Counted from the first letter of the stretch, positions 11,576-24,299 are shown. The stretch: DNA of 64,000 bases from Octopus sinensis (GCF_006345805.1 NW_021833239.1:15972-79971); one strand, 5' to 3'. Translations and numbers: made by a program. Notes: a model not told the origin generated them from the letters alone.

Positions 11576-12148
11576 CTATAATAAATATAAAAAATATCTT
11601 CATTTATTTGAAAGAAAATCTGGGCTTAAATTCTGCTTTGTATTTTACTAATTTTTTAAGAATTCAAGTACAGCACTTGTTAATTGTAAATTATGTAATC
11701 TGTTTCGATAAGTGTAATTATTTTGAACAGTGAAAAGTGTAAAGTTTCTAGATCTTTTCTTTAAGTGGGCACCAGAGGAAGATGAAATTGTAGCCTTGCT
11801 TGTAAATGAGGATAGAAGAAGGGAATACAATAAAGGAAAGCTATTAAGAATAAGGTATGGGGACAAATGTAGAGGCCTGCATCAAAACCAACAACACATT
11901 CGTCTTTCTCTAGACCTTCATAATTTTGGTGTTCTACCTGTGATGCCCATCGAAAAAGATTCAAACTTTGAATTCAATTCTCCAACAATCCTTATATATG
12001 ATCCTCAGGAAACAACGGATTTAATAAAATATTATTCTCAAAAGCTACTAAAATTAACTGTATTCTTTTAATATTATCATAGTTCTATCTGAATACGAAA
12101 ATGTTTTCTATATTTTTGTTTTCTCTCTAGTTCAATCATCTAAATACG

Positions 12149-12570
12149 TTCTGTGGAGGCGCAATGGCCCAGTGGTTAGGGCAGCGGACTCGCGGTCGGA
12201 GGATCGCGGTTTCGATTCCCAGACCGGGCATTGTGAGTGTTTATTGAGCAAAAACACCTAAAGCTCCACGAGGCTCCGGCAGGGGGGTGGGTGAACCCTG
12301 CTGTACTCTCTCACCACAACTTTCTCTCGCTCTTTCTTCCTGTTTCTCTTGTACCTGACACTCTGTGTCTCTTGACACTCTGTGTCTCTTGACACTCTGT
12401 GTCTCTTGACACTCTGTGTCACGCTGAATCTCCTCGAGAACTATGTAAGGGTACACGTATCTGTGGAGTGCTCAGCCACTTGCACGTTAATATCACGAGC
12501 AAGCTGTTCTGTTGATCGTATCAGCTGGGACACTCATCATCGCAACCGACGGAGTGCTCCTATACCTATA
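12149..12570 (+). mobile_element. Full-length tRNA-derived SINE with 12-bp TSD
   Basis: A box tggcccagtgg, B box ggtttcgattccc; TSD catctaaatacg at 12137-12148 and 12571-12582; absent from the paralog near 49930. Confidence 0.85.
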
Positions 12571-13085
12571 CATCTAAATACGAGAGCGTTCGAACTGAGG
12601 TTGCGATCCGTGGTTAGTTTATAACAAATGTGCTTTCTGTAACATAAAACGTGTGGTGTTAGCTTTAGATATTTCCGCTCCGATCCCTTGTTTTTAGTTT
12701 AATTTTAAACACATAACTCGATTTCTAACTACTTTCAGAATGGTAGTGCGAAATGTTTGTTACAGACATTGCAGGCGTCAATGCAATTTGTTTTATAACG
12801 CAGAATTAGGGGTTAAGTTATAGTTATTATTGCCTTCTTGCGTTTTATAGCAGATAAATTAAGTACGACCACTGATAATAAATGGAGCTTGTTTGTTCAG
12901 GGTAAAAATTAGCCCAATTAATATTTGTAAAAGAGATTCCTGAACGTACCAAATGGTAAAGTTTAATAAAATAAAAGGTTTGTGTAATTACAAAATCTCA
13001 GTCGGTTTTTTTTGGCCATAAAACAACAACAATAATCTTTTTCTAAGAAATAAAATACGAAATGAGAATGTATTGTACAATTAAC

Positions 13086-13224
13086 CTGACATATTTCAGA
13101 TAGTTAGTAAATTTTTGAAAGTTTAATGGTAAGATGATTATCGTAATAATTACTGTTATAAACTCTCTTCGTGTATACCATACTTGTTGATTGCAGTAAA
13201 AGTCACGGTTGATGAAAATTATAA
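13086..13224 (-). pseudogene. Paralog exon 3 (acceptor lost)
   Basis: VWYTRREFITVIITIIILPLNFQKFTNYLKYV open over 139 nt; donor intact; acceptor position reads AC. Confidence 0.85.
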
Positions 13225-13419
13225 GTGAATAAATACATAAATAAAGATAAAAATGAAACAAAAGCAAAAAAATTTAAAGAAAGGTAAATTGTTTAAACAT
13301 CACATTTTTTTTCGGGATTAACCGTTTTGTTAAGTAGACATTTTAGAATGCAATTTCAGAATTTATTCATATTCTAGTTTGTATTCAATTTAACCATCTT
13401 TAATATTATAAATACTCTT

Positions 13420-13640
13420 AAAGTGCCGAACTGGCAGAAATGTTAGCACGCCTCACAAAAAGGCTTAGCGGCATTTCATCTGTCTTTGTGTTCTGAGTTC
13501 AAACAACGCCGCGGTTGACTTTGTTTCTCATAGTTTCGAGGACAAGAAAGTAAGTACCAGTTGAACACTGGGGTCGATGTAATCAGCAATCTGTCTCGCT
13601 CTGAAATTTCTGGCCTTGTGCCAAAATTTGAAATCAATAT
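13420..13640 (+). mobile_element. tRNA-derived SINE (family with gagttcaaattccgccgaggtcgactttgcc core)
   Basis: Family copies also at ~14440-14740(-), 31900-32125(-), 39500-39720(+), 42965-43140(-), 43590-43810(+), 51190-51360(+), 59870-60490(-). Confidence 0.7.
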
Positions 13641-15971
13641 TACAAATATTTTGATGGTATATAGATATAATTTTGTTTGTTTGTTTGTTCTGTATTAAAT
13701 ATTCTCAAATCTTTTCCTGAAAACACTAGCAAGCGGCAAATAGCACTGTGTAACGAAATTTTTGCCTCTTTTTTGTCTTTGGTCAGTAAGTGTTATTTCC
13801 TATCTACTTCTGTCTAGAAATCAAAGGAAATGACTACTATTATCTTCAAACTTTGCATTTGTGGCCTGCACATCAACACTTTGAAACTGACTTATTTTCT
13901 ATAACATTTCAGACAGGGTCAGCATTGAGTTGCTGAGCAGAAATCTCTTTATAGCAAATATTCTGCTTAATACCACGGATTTGCTGCTCATTTGCTTAAC
14001 CTTAACTACTTGAGCATGTCTATTAGTGCCGGACAATATGTGCATCTCTGATCATAAGTAAGAGTAGTGGGTGAACATCATAGCCATGTGTTGACAGGGA
14101 ATTTTTGGAGTTTGAATAAATATCGTAACAAAAGCAAAGTTTGAAGGAAATATTAGTCATTTTTCATTTAGTTACAAGATGCAATAAGAAAATCATTGAT
14201 TAGCGATAATAAATTGGTCTTTACCCTAAAAGCTGACACCTATTTGAAGAAGATGCAAGGCTTTCAAAAAGAAAAGACCTTTCTTCAAGGAGAGCATTAA
14301 AATCAATGTAAAACGCATACCCGACAATCTGATAGATACATGACCGGAAATATAGATCATAGCAGCAGTGCGCAACGAGATATATGCAGATTAGAATGAT
14401 CATTGGTAATTCAAATGCAATTGCAGTTTCAATCAATGCAAAGACGTAAAGGCAAGCTAAGTATCTTGCTAACGATTTTGCCAGCTCGCCGCCTGACCTC
14501 GGTTTATTAATAATCCTTTCTACTTTAAGTACAAGATCTGAAATTTGAGAGGAGGGGTCTAGTCGATTACATTGACCTCAGTGCGTAACTGGTATTTAAT
14601 TTATTGACCCCTAAAGGATCAAAGGCAAAGTCAACTTCGGCGGAGTTTGAACTCAGACCGTAAAGACGGACGAAATGCCGCTAAGCATTTTGCCCGGCGT
14701 GATAACGATTCCGCTACTCGCTGCCGTCCTCTGGTTAGTAATAATGAAAGTAAAAGCGACCGATAATAAATGGAGTACTTCGTATGATAAAGAACGCGAA
14801 GAAAAAATATATAAAAGGAAAATAACAAACTATATCTCACTACGCAGAGTCAAAACATAACCTTCGGTTGACACTTTCAATGTAACAACTTGCTTTGCAC
14901 AATTCCCGCAAACACATTTTAAAATTCGTTCTCTATGCATTTATTACCAAATAAAATAAGAGAATGCGTGCTCAACCAAGATGTTTACCCGATACTGCAA
15001 TAACTGAATCGCCGCTAAAGCCTATAGCGGGGAAAAAGAAAATCCTGCTGTGCTCTTATCCTTTCACTCTATTTATACTTCTACTTTAAGACAGAGAGAG
15101 AAAAAAAAAGTTCAATGTCTTTCTGTATCTACCTCAATTCTTATAAATGGTTTGAAATTCTACATCATCCTGAAAAGAATCAGCTTAGATCGAAATGGGT
15201 ATGGGATTGAAATCTTATGATTTTATTATCTACAGAGTTAATGCAATATGTCTTAAAAACGAATCTGCGGTTGAACTGAAATTATTTCTTCAAAGAAACT
15301 AAATATGAAATGGACTTTCTGCACGCACTTCTTCATAAAGTAAAAGTCGGTCCAATGGCGGTTGATTTAATTTTCCTTTTCATGTTCGGTCGCATGTGAT
15401 TCTCGCTTTAATCATGTATGTATACCCCGTTTTCAGTTAATGGGGGTTAAGTGTTCAAGTGGTAATTGTAGAAAATTCCTATAGCGACGGCTTTATAAGA
15501 CACCAATTTCGGTACGATTTTGACCAGAAACAATTCGGTCTTCCCTCGCTTCAGTCGTAGACAAATTTACCTCTTAGGCTGTTCTCACATTTCCATACTC
15601 AAACCAGCGCGATTTTCCTAATAGCTATTTTCACAGCTATATACCAGCACGGAGATGATGAAGAATCAACGCCATACGTTTTTGCAGCAGTGTGCAAATC
15701 AGTTTAATCATGAGGATTTTTTTATAATTTGACGCTGTCTGTTTTTCATGAAGCCCCGTACAATTGTGGCAATAAATATGTATATTAACTACCACCAAGT
15801 CCTGTCAAACCACACGCTACAGTCCAATCAAAATAAAACTTCTGAAAACTTTTAAGGATTCTTGGAACAGTGTTCAAATTTATCAAGATATAAAGTTTAA
15901 TCGGAAAAAGAAATTATATCACCCAATGGTCTGTTCATTAAAAAAAACTATAAATTATAACATTTACTTAC

Positions 15972-16159
15972 ATTTTTCTATTTGGTCCCCAGTCAATACT
16001 AATGAAGTAACGCAGTAAAAATACAATTTAAGAAGGATAGTTACAGATGACAACGCACGAATTTTCTTTCCGTAGAAAACTAATATAATATCTTGAAAAC
16101 TTGATATTTGGGTTTTATCGGAGGTATATGCCACAATTAACATTAAGACCACTCACAAT
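15972..16159 (-). pseudogene. Paralog exon 2 (188 nt, frameshifted)
   Basis: ttttag|ATT..AAA T|gtaagt; MLIVAYTSDKTQISSFQDII..GDQIEK; 11 nt shorter than 61488-61686. Confidence 0.85.
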
Positions 16160-16578
16160 CTAAAATGAAATGATAAAAATATAGATGTTTAAAAGCATAG
16201 AGATGTGATATTTTTTTATTTCAGCATTCATAGTCATATATAGTCATATCTTCAGTCTATTCTGTGCTATATAAGAAATGGATATCATAATAAGATAATA
16301 TCTAAGTATTTGTTTGGGTCAAATATCTATAGACATTGCAGTTATTTTAGTAGAGAAACGTTTTAAAGTTTTCAATATATCTTTAAACAGTAAATAGCTG
16401 CCTCAAAGTTCAACAGAGAGGCTCTACGTGGTCACATGACCTATTAGAAAAGTAGATTATTCTGCACCTAACCACATTTTACCAAATTAAATAAGGAAAT
16501 AATATTTTGGATATTGTAGCCCTACATATTTCTAAAAGGCGAGGAGATCGCGACTGAAATGTCATTGGCACCTCTTTA

Positions 16579-16800
16579 GCATGCGGTCTACCTGGACATA
16601 TATACTTTATGCGTGAAGTCTAACCCTAACGTTAACTCTTACAGTAAACCGTAACTGTAATCCAAATCTCTAACTCTAACTGACCCTAAACCCTAACCCT
16701 AATCCAAAACTCTAACACAACCCTAAATCCCAACCCCATTCTTAACTTAGACCAGGTCATTTGACAACCTGGACCACAAATACTGCGGTAGACCGCACGC
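16579..16800. repeat. Degenerate telomere-like (TAACCC)n array flanked by 14-bp inverted repeats
   Basis: gcatgcggtctacc / ggtagaccgcacgc flank ~125 bp of taaccc variants; paralog at 62173-62403. Confidence 0.7.
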
Positions 16801-17647
16801 TCAAGTAGGAACATGGCATTAATCTAATCATAGATTTGTTTGAACTGGGCTGAATTGGGGATAAGCAACAACAACTGCGTAAAGACAAGCCAATGAGTAT
16901 GACCCTACTCTGTCGGCCATCTTTTTCAAACCACACCAACACACTTTAACAGAAAAGCTTCTGTGTAAAATAGTCCCACACAGGGAGGGTGTCTCGTAAT
17001 GATGGGACTCATTTTGAACGCAAGTAAATGGGACTCGAACAAGCACAGATATTAAGAAAAGTGTATAATAGCAAATCACTTATATGTACCCCATTATCAG
17101 GAGACCTTCACAGTAAATGCTGAGAAAAAGGCAGTTACTTTTATTGATCATATCATGTTTAAAGGCATCAAGCAATTCTGAAGTGAGTGTTTATATTTAA
17201 CTGATATATTTCGTTTTTTGAATAGAAACTTTCCTTACAGCAAGTAAATATTGTTCCATATTCTACAGGATAGAAGAATAATTGTGGTTATGGAGTTAAC
17301 TTCAAACTACATGGTTCCCGATCGACCCACTGTGTCATACCTTGCACAACTGTTGTCTACCATAGATTACATCTTACAAATGCCTTGTGTAAAATTAGGT
17401 AGATGGAAACTGTGTCGCAGCAAATTGCGTATGTATGTATGTATTTTCCCTTTCTCTTTTTACGTTAGAATAAATTTTGACTGGACCCTTACTTGGTAAC
17501 AAGGGGTGAAGGAAAGCAACCTATTTTAAACACTATCCTTTAGATATTAGGAAGGTCTTGCAGATGTTTAATGTCCAGATATCTTGATCATTTGTAGCAT
17601 ATGAATTAAAGAGTTGTGTTCACTCACCAAAATCCCAAGTTTAGCCA

Positions 17648-18010
17648 TTACTTACTTACTTACTTACTTACTAACTTGCTTACTTACTTACTTACTTACT
17701 TACTTGCTTACTTACTTACTTGCTTACTTACTAATTTGCTTACTTACTAACTTGCTTACTTACTTACTTACTTGCTTACTTACTTACTTACTTACTTGCT
17801 TACTTGCTTGCTTGTTTACTTGCTTGCTTACTTACTTGCTTGCTTGCTTGCTTCCTTGCTTGCTTACTTACTTACTTGCTTGCTTGCATACTTACTTACT
17901 TACTTTCTTACTTACTTATATACTTACTTACTTGCTTGCTTACTTACTTACTTACTTACTTTCTTGCTTACTTGCTTGCTTGCTTGCTTACTTACTTACT
18001 TGCTTGCTTC

Positions 18011-18044
<34 letters not shown>

Positions 18045-18214
18045 TTCTTGCTTACTTGCTTTCTTGCTTACTTGCTTGCGTGCTTGCTTACTTGCTTGCT
18101 TGCTTACTTGCTTGCTTACTTACTTGCTTGCTTACATACTTACTTGCTTACTTGCTTGCGTGCTTACTTACTTACTTGCGTGCTTGCTTGCTTGCGTGCT
18201 TGCTTACTTACTTG

Positions 18215-18249
<35 letters not shown>

Positions 18250-18289
18250 GCTTGCTTACTTACTTGCTTACTTACTTACTTGCTTACTT
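17648..18289. repeat. Compound (TTAC/TTGC)n tetranucleotide array
   Basis: About 640 bp of two interleaved 4-mers; source of the spurious LTYL ORFs. Confidence 0.95.
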
Positions 18290-18539
18290 TCTATGGCTGT
18301 ACTTTTCATGGCAAGTACTCATGTGCTATCTTCTTAGTGAACTGGTCCTCATTTTTATTCTGTTCTGATAAATAGATTTTACCTATGCGCCTTGGGAGAG
18401 ACATGTATCAGTTGTTATTTCATAACTCAAATTCATTAGCTAGTCTAACGTTTTGGGTTTCGCAGTCACAAACTTGGAAAGATAGTTACTGGCCTTCTTC
18501 ATCTGATGAAGTTGTTTCAGTATCAAAATACGTGCTTCA

Positions 18540-19480
18540 TATGACATTAGTACAGATTTGAGACACCGCTACCATCCTTGCATGGGAAGCATAGCCTATC
18601 TTCATCTCCATTTAGTAGAAGTTCGTACATCTATCTCATTGGGTGCTTCTGCTGACCAGTTCAGAAGACCAGACATAGGCGTGAAAATAGGCATTATAAA
18701 GGTGTTGGCAATATGCTTATGGGTCCATTATGTCTGACATTCTCATCTTGATCAAGATACATATAATTGTCACATAACTATAGAGGTTTTATTGTCAAGC
18801 CGTTCACTATTAGGCTTTCAGAGGAGGACACAATTGTTCCACGTCTTATAGTCAAATAAACACATTTGAACTCACACATTTCATTCCAATATCGGTAGAA
18901 AATTGTGCTATGCGGTACATTTGTTTTTTATATGGTTACTATTTGTCCCTTATAGCTTCAGCTCGTTAACAAAGAAAGGATAGGAGATACTTTTTGATCA
19001 ATTTCTATAGTCAGTGTTTTGTGAGCAGGTATGATAGAGAGTTTAATGAAAGGACCAAGAGCTACCGCGACTGTCTATCAACCCGATAGTCCGACTCGAT
19101 TTGTTCCTTATTACTCCTAAGGAGCAAAGTGATGTACGAAGTTTTGGCCTGACGTTCAATAGCACTCACTAGTGGCTGTGAAACGTTGGCTAACTGTAAA
19201 GCCTCGATAATCCTTCCATGTGCTATACTATCAAAAGTTTCTGGTAGTTTAGGCACACCACAGTTAAGTTCCTGTGATTTTTATTGTTTTTTTTTTCATG
19301 GATCATTTTGTTAATTAATTGCTGCTGTATACATCCACACACCTTTCTTCTAGCATGCTCAGGCGTTATAATGTTGTTGTTGTTGGTAAAATGATCCTGC
19401 AAGGATACACTGGCACCCAGTGTATAATTTGTCAATGATGTTCTGTCAGGCAATTGGGCGGTAGCTTAGCAAAAATGTTG
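18540..19480 (-). mobile_element. Degenerate R2/R4-group LINE RT remnant
   Basis: FDSIAHGRIIEALQLANV resembles YDSVPHSWILE.L; its 204-bp segment 18717-18920 is repeated at 19597-19800. Confidence 0.55.
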
Positions 19481-19856
19481 AGGCTATTTTGGTGGTATGA
19501 GGAGAGTAGTTGCATTTGATAACTCTTGGAGCAGTTCTTGTGTGTCCTTGATACTTTCTCCTTACAACCGTTGACAATATGCTTTTTGACCCTTATTTAT
19601 GGGTCCATTATGTCTGACATTCTCATCTTGATCAAGATACATATAATTGTCACATGACTATAGAGGTTTTATTGTCAAGCCGTTCACTTTTAGGTTTTCA
19701 GAGAAGGACACAATTGTTCTGCGTCTTATTGTCAAATAAACACATTTGAACTCACAAATTTCATTCCAATAGCGGTAGAAAATTGCGCTATGCGGTCCAT
19801 ACTTCTAACATAAGGGTATTCACATAGTGGTTTCCCTCTAATATGTATATATACAC

Positions 19857-19900
<44 letters not shown>

Positions 19901-19948
19901 GCATATATATACATACATAATACATATATATATATATATAATATATAT

Positions 19949-19982
<34 letters not shown>

Positions 19983-20089
19983 ATATATATATATATATAC
20001 GCATATATACGCATATATACACACACATGCACACAGCCCGCTAACTATTCAGTATATACTTATATAAAGTGTGGGTATAGGGGTATAAC

Positions 20090-21800
20090 TACCTACTACG
20101 TATATTTCCTATTTGCTACTGGGGATGTTACATTTATGAGGACGTACACCTGTATTTGTCTGAGTGTTGTGTCCTTCGGGTGCTTGGATAAAATGCGGAT
20201 GTCAAGTTGATCCAGGTTGCCTCCATGATGGTCTTTGGCATGTTGGTAGAGCATGGAGGACTGTTTTTTGTTATCATATTGTCTCAAATGTTCATTTAGT
20301 CTTTCCGTAATGCTCCTCGCTACCTTGCCTATGTATATCATGTTTTTGTCTTTACAAGCACCTTCTATGCGCCTTATGCTGTAGACTACATTTCTAGTTC
20401 TACAATTAATGCCAGGGTTAATCCTACACACCATGCAGTTATCATTAGTGCATGTGGTATTCTCAAAGGTGTAAGTCCTACATAGTTGTGATCTGATGGA
20501 GCTCCCTGGTTTTTCAACGATCTTAATGTTGAGTTTGGTCTCCTTCAGAGCTTTCCTAAATCTACGGGCTAGGTTTCCATGACATGTGGCCTCTACAAAC
20601 ATCGTTCCTTGATATTTGTCGGTCTTGTACCACGTGTTTGCTTTGTCATAAACTCTTTGTATTTTATTCCAGTCTTTATTTCTATATCTAGGGCAAGCAC
20701 CACTGGTTTAATTACATAGAATGTTATCAAACTTCTTTCTAGCACCCCTGTATACCCGAACCCTGTCTTTCTGATCATATTCAGAGAATTGCATGCGGTG
20801 CATGAAGTTCTGTACATATTTCTTTGCTTCATAGGGTCTGCATAGAGGGGACACATTATCCTAACTAAGTCTGTTACTATTATGCTGATTTTCATGTTGT
20901 GTGACAAAGCTGAGTTCTTGTGAACAACATATTTCGAAGCTATGGGTTCCATGTAATAGCAGTGGAGGAGCTACACTCCGTTGTTCACATCTCTAACCAA
21001 AGTTCAGAACCAAAGACCGGGAGTTTATTGTCAGAGTGCCTAGTGGGGTAATCTATAGTTACCTTGATTCTTTGGTGGATGGAGTTAGCTACATGCTGGA
21101 TTCTCTCCATTATGTTCCTTTCAGTTTCTACATTACCGTTACTAGAGTTGGTCTTAACTAGAATTTTAATGTCGTCTACATACTTACAGTAAAGTAAAAG
21201 AGTTGTGGATTGTTCTGTTAAGGATTGTTTAAGTTTTCTGTCCCACCAGGTCATGTAGAGGCCGGCCTCATCCTCAGCTATACCGACACCAATGGCTGCC
21301 CTTGAACCTGCGTGTATAGTTTTCTGTTAAACGTTACTATGTGGTTCTTCAAGATGATTCTTATGCTAACCCCTGTTGTATTATGCAATCATTCTTATCA
21401 TCTGATTGTTGTTCTCAGGGTCTTGGGTGGGATTAGTCCAGCCACTCCAGCGCTCTGCGGTGCTTTTCTTCACTGCTGAGGTGGTCTTTCCCTTTGTGAC
21501 CTCCTAGGGCAGAATCTACCAAAGTCATGGTTGTCTAGATAGTTACTGTCATAGCTTAGTTTGTGGAGGCTCAGTTCCTCACGGAACTCTACTTCACTCT
21601 CACAGATAATTTCAAGGCATTTTTCTACAACAAAAATTTATGTCTATAGATGGGTAGAGTGAAATTACAACCATACTACCTACTACACAAACTGTGAGGT
21701 CGTTAAAGTGGTTGTAACTACTGATTCTACTGAGTAGATCCTCCGTGCTCACACAGACATCTGGGGACATTTCAAAGAAATAGGAAGTATCTCCTTTTAT
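20090..21800 (-). mobile_element. Penelope-like element (RT + GIY-YIG), disrupted
   Basis: VGSMVVISLYPSID, YCKYVDDIKIL, CTNDNCMVC..NVVYSI..YIGKVARSITERLNEH. Confidence 0.85.
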
Positions 21801-22282
21801 TCTTCCATACTATTAGGAAAAATACATGTTATTCAAACGATTTATTCAGAAAAATCCTTATTCTCACTAGTATTATAAAACAAAAACTATTAATCATGGC
21901 TAAAGAGCAAAAAAAAAATTTTTTAATACTTTATCCTCACAAGGCCAATACATAGTATCATAATTTACATATTATAAATTACACTGTATTCATTATTTAC
22001 AACCACCCATAGTAAAAATGCAATTAAAAATTAAAATTTACGTAGTTTCATTAAGAAAATAACTTTCGATAAAATAAATATAACCATAAATATATGGTAT
22101 CAAAATATTGTATTATTATAATAGAAATTTACTAAAGTCATTCAAAAAGTCCCTTAACTATTTATTCAAAAGTTCGTTTATTTTAAACAATTTTATAAAA
22201 ATACGGTTATCTACTACCTATACTAATGTTTACATAAAAAAATAAACAAATAAATATAAATAAATGATCAAAATGTTACTTA

Positions 22283-24127
22283 CAGTGGCTTGAAAAAGTC
22301 TACATCCCCTTTGAAGATTTATATATTTTGTATAATTTAACAAGGAACAACACATTTTTTCAATTCCAATGATTGTTAAATAACAAGCAGATCCATCACA
22401 CTTTCCTTTGATATAAAAATTACCTTTTAAAAATTTCATACTGATTCTTAAAATCATTTAACTTAGAAAAATGTCTTTGCAAAAGTCTACACCCCACCAC
22501 CAGATATTATACTGTGTTATCAGATAGTTTGTATACAATCCAAAACAATCAAAAGTGACATGTGCGTTCTACCATAACAAACAAACTTGGCCTGTCTGTT
22601 ATTTTGCTATATAAGGTGATTTAACTGCCTACAAAATCATTCACCACATGGTTTTTGGGTATGTTGGTCTTTGGAATCTGACTGTAAACACAAGGTTTCC
22701 GACTCGGGAAAGAAAATGGGCAAGCCTCTGTCTCAGGAACTTAAAAACCTTATTATTCAAAAGTACAATGAAAATAATGGCTATAAAAAGATTGCAAAAC
22801 CTTTAGAATTGCCCATAAGCACTGTTAAAACTGTAGTTAAGAAGTGGTTAGTGCACAAAACCACTGCTACCCTACCAAGATCTGGGGGACCGAGCAAACT
22901 TACCAGAAAAGCAAAGTCAAAACTGGTCCGGGAGACAAACTCCAACCCTAGTGCAACACTGGAAGACTTGAAAGCTTCAGTTTCCAGTACTGGGACAGAT
23001 GTCCATGCATCTACAATTTCCAGAGTATTGCACCGGTCTGGCCTGCAAGGGAGGGTAGCTAGAAAAAAAGCCCCTTCTGAAGTCTTTACACAAGCAAGCT
23101 AGGCTAAACTTTGCCAAAAGTCACATTAATGATTCCATGACCGTGTGGCGAAAGATTTTGTGGTCAGATAAGACCAAAGTCGAGTTATTTGGCGGAAAAA
23201 AGGCACTGCTCACCAACCTCGTTACACCGCCCCCAGTGTAAAGACGGCGGTGGCTCGATCATGCTTTTCAGCTGCTTTTCAGCTGCAGGGCCTGGAGAGT
23301 TGGTAACCATCCAAGGTATCATGGACAGTGTCAAGTACCAAGAAATATTGGAGGCAAACCTGCTGAAGTCTGCTAGAGCTCTGCGCTTGGGTCGCAATTT
23401 CAAGTTTCAACAAGATAACGACCTCAAGCATGTGTCAAAAAGCACTGAAGCTTGGTTTGCTAGCAAGAAAATCACTGACCTCAATCCTATAGAAAATCTA
23501 TGGCGAAATCTAAAGCTGGCTGTGCACCGACGTTCCCTATCCAATCTGACACAGCTCGAGAAGTTCTGCCATGAAGAATGGCGAAAACTGACAGCAGACC
23601 ACTGCAGCAAGCTCCTGGAAGGCTACTCGAGGCGTCTACAGGCTGTAACTGACGCAGCAGGATCATCCACAAAGTCTTAGCTGAAAACATTCCAAAGGGA
23701 GTGTAGACTTTTGAAAAGAATTTTTTCAAAATTATCTTTGTTTAACCCTTTAGCATTTAAACAAGCCATATCCGGCCAAAAGTATTCTGCCTGTTTTATG
23801 TTCAAACTGGCCAGATCTGGTCTCTCACACCAACCCTACAATATCGTTTTAAAAATTAACAGCTACCTCATCAAAGACTCATAGCTACAAGATAAAGCAT
23901 GATTAGTTCAAAACAATGTGGATGAAGAGGCATTAATTTTGGCAGAATAATGCAAACACTAAAGAGTTAAGAATCAGTTTTAAATTTTTCAAATGTATTT
24001 TGTGTATTAAATAAAAGTGTAACATAACTGGTTATTAAAACAAATTATTGGAGTTTAAAATATTAATATCAAAATAAACAAAATACATCCAGTTTCCAAG
24101 GTGGGTGTACACTTTTGCAAGACACTG
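22283..24127 (+). mobile_element. Tc1-family DNA transposon with IR/DR termini and frameshifted transposase
   Basis: TA|cagtggcttgaaaaagtctaca..gtacacttttgcaagacactg|TA; inner DRs at ~22475 and ~23700; paired-like HTH, ILWSDKTKVELFG, FQQDNDLKH, DLNPIENLW. Confidence 0.92.
23746..23966. mobile_element. piggyBac-type MITE (TTAA TSD) inside the right arm of the Tc1
   Basis: TTAA|ccctttagc..cactaaagag|TTAA. Confidence 0.7.
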
Positions 24128-24237
24128 TAGTTTTTCAGAGGAAAATAACTTACTGTAAAACAATATGTTTATAATTTTTATGGATTCATACTTTCGAAAG
24201 AACAGAACAGGAGATGTATAATTTCATAATAGAAATT

Positions 24238-24299
<62 letters not shown>

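Noticed and set aside
11730-12071. 113-aa + strand ORF and overlapping minus-strand hydrophobic ORF
   Set aside because: Frame broken in the near-identical paralog at 45650-45850; no recognisable family
12149-12235. tRNA gene
   Set aside because: Head of a SINE with body, tail and TSD; no complete cloverleaf
17614-18375. 253-aa and overlapping Leu/Thr/Tyr ORFs
   Set aside because: Translation of a TTAC/TTGC microsatellite; no domain or splice context
21685-21780. Possible ATG exon of the paralog (MSPDVCVSTEDLL..)
   Set aside because: The frame continues into Penelope RT motifs (GSMVVISLYPSID)
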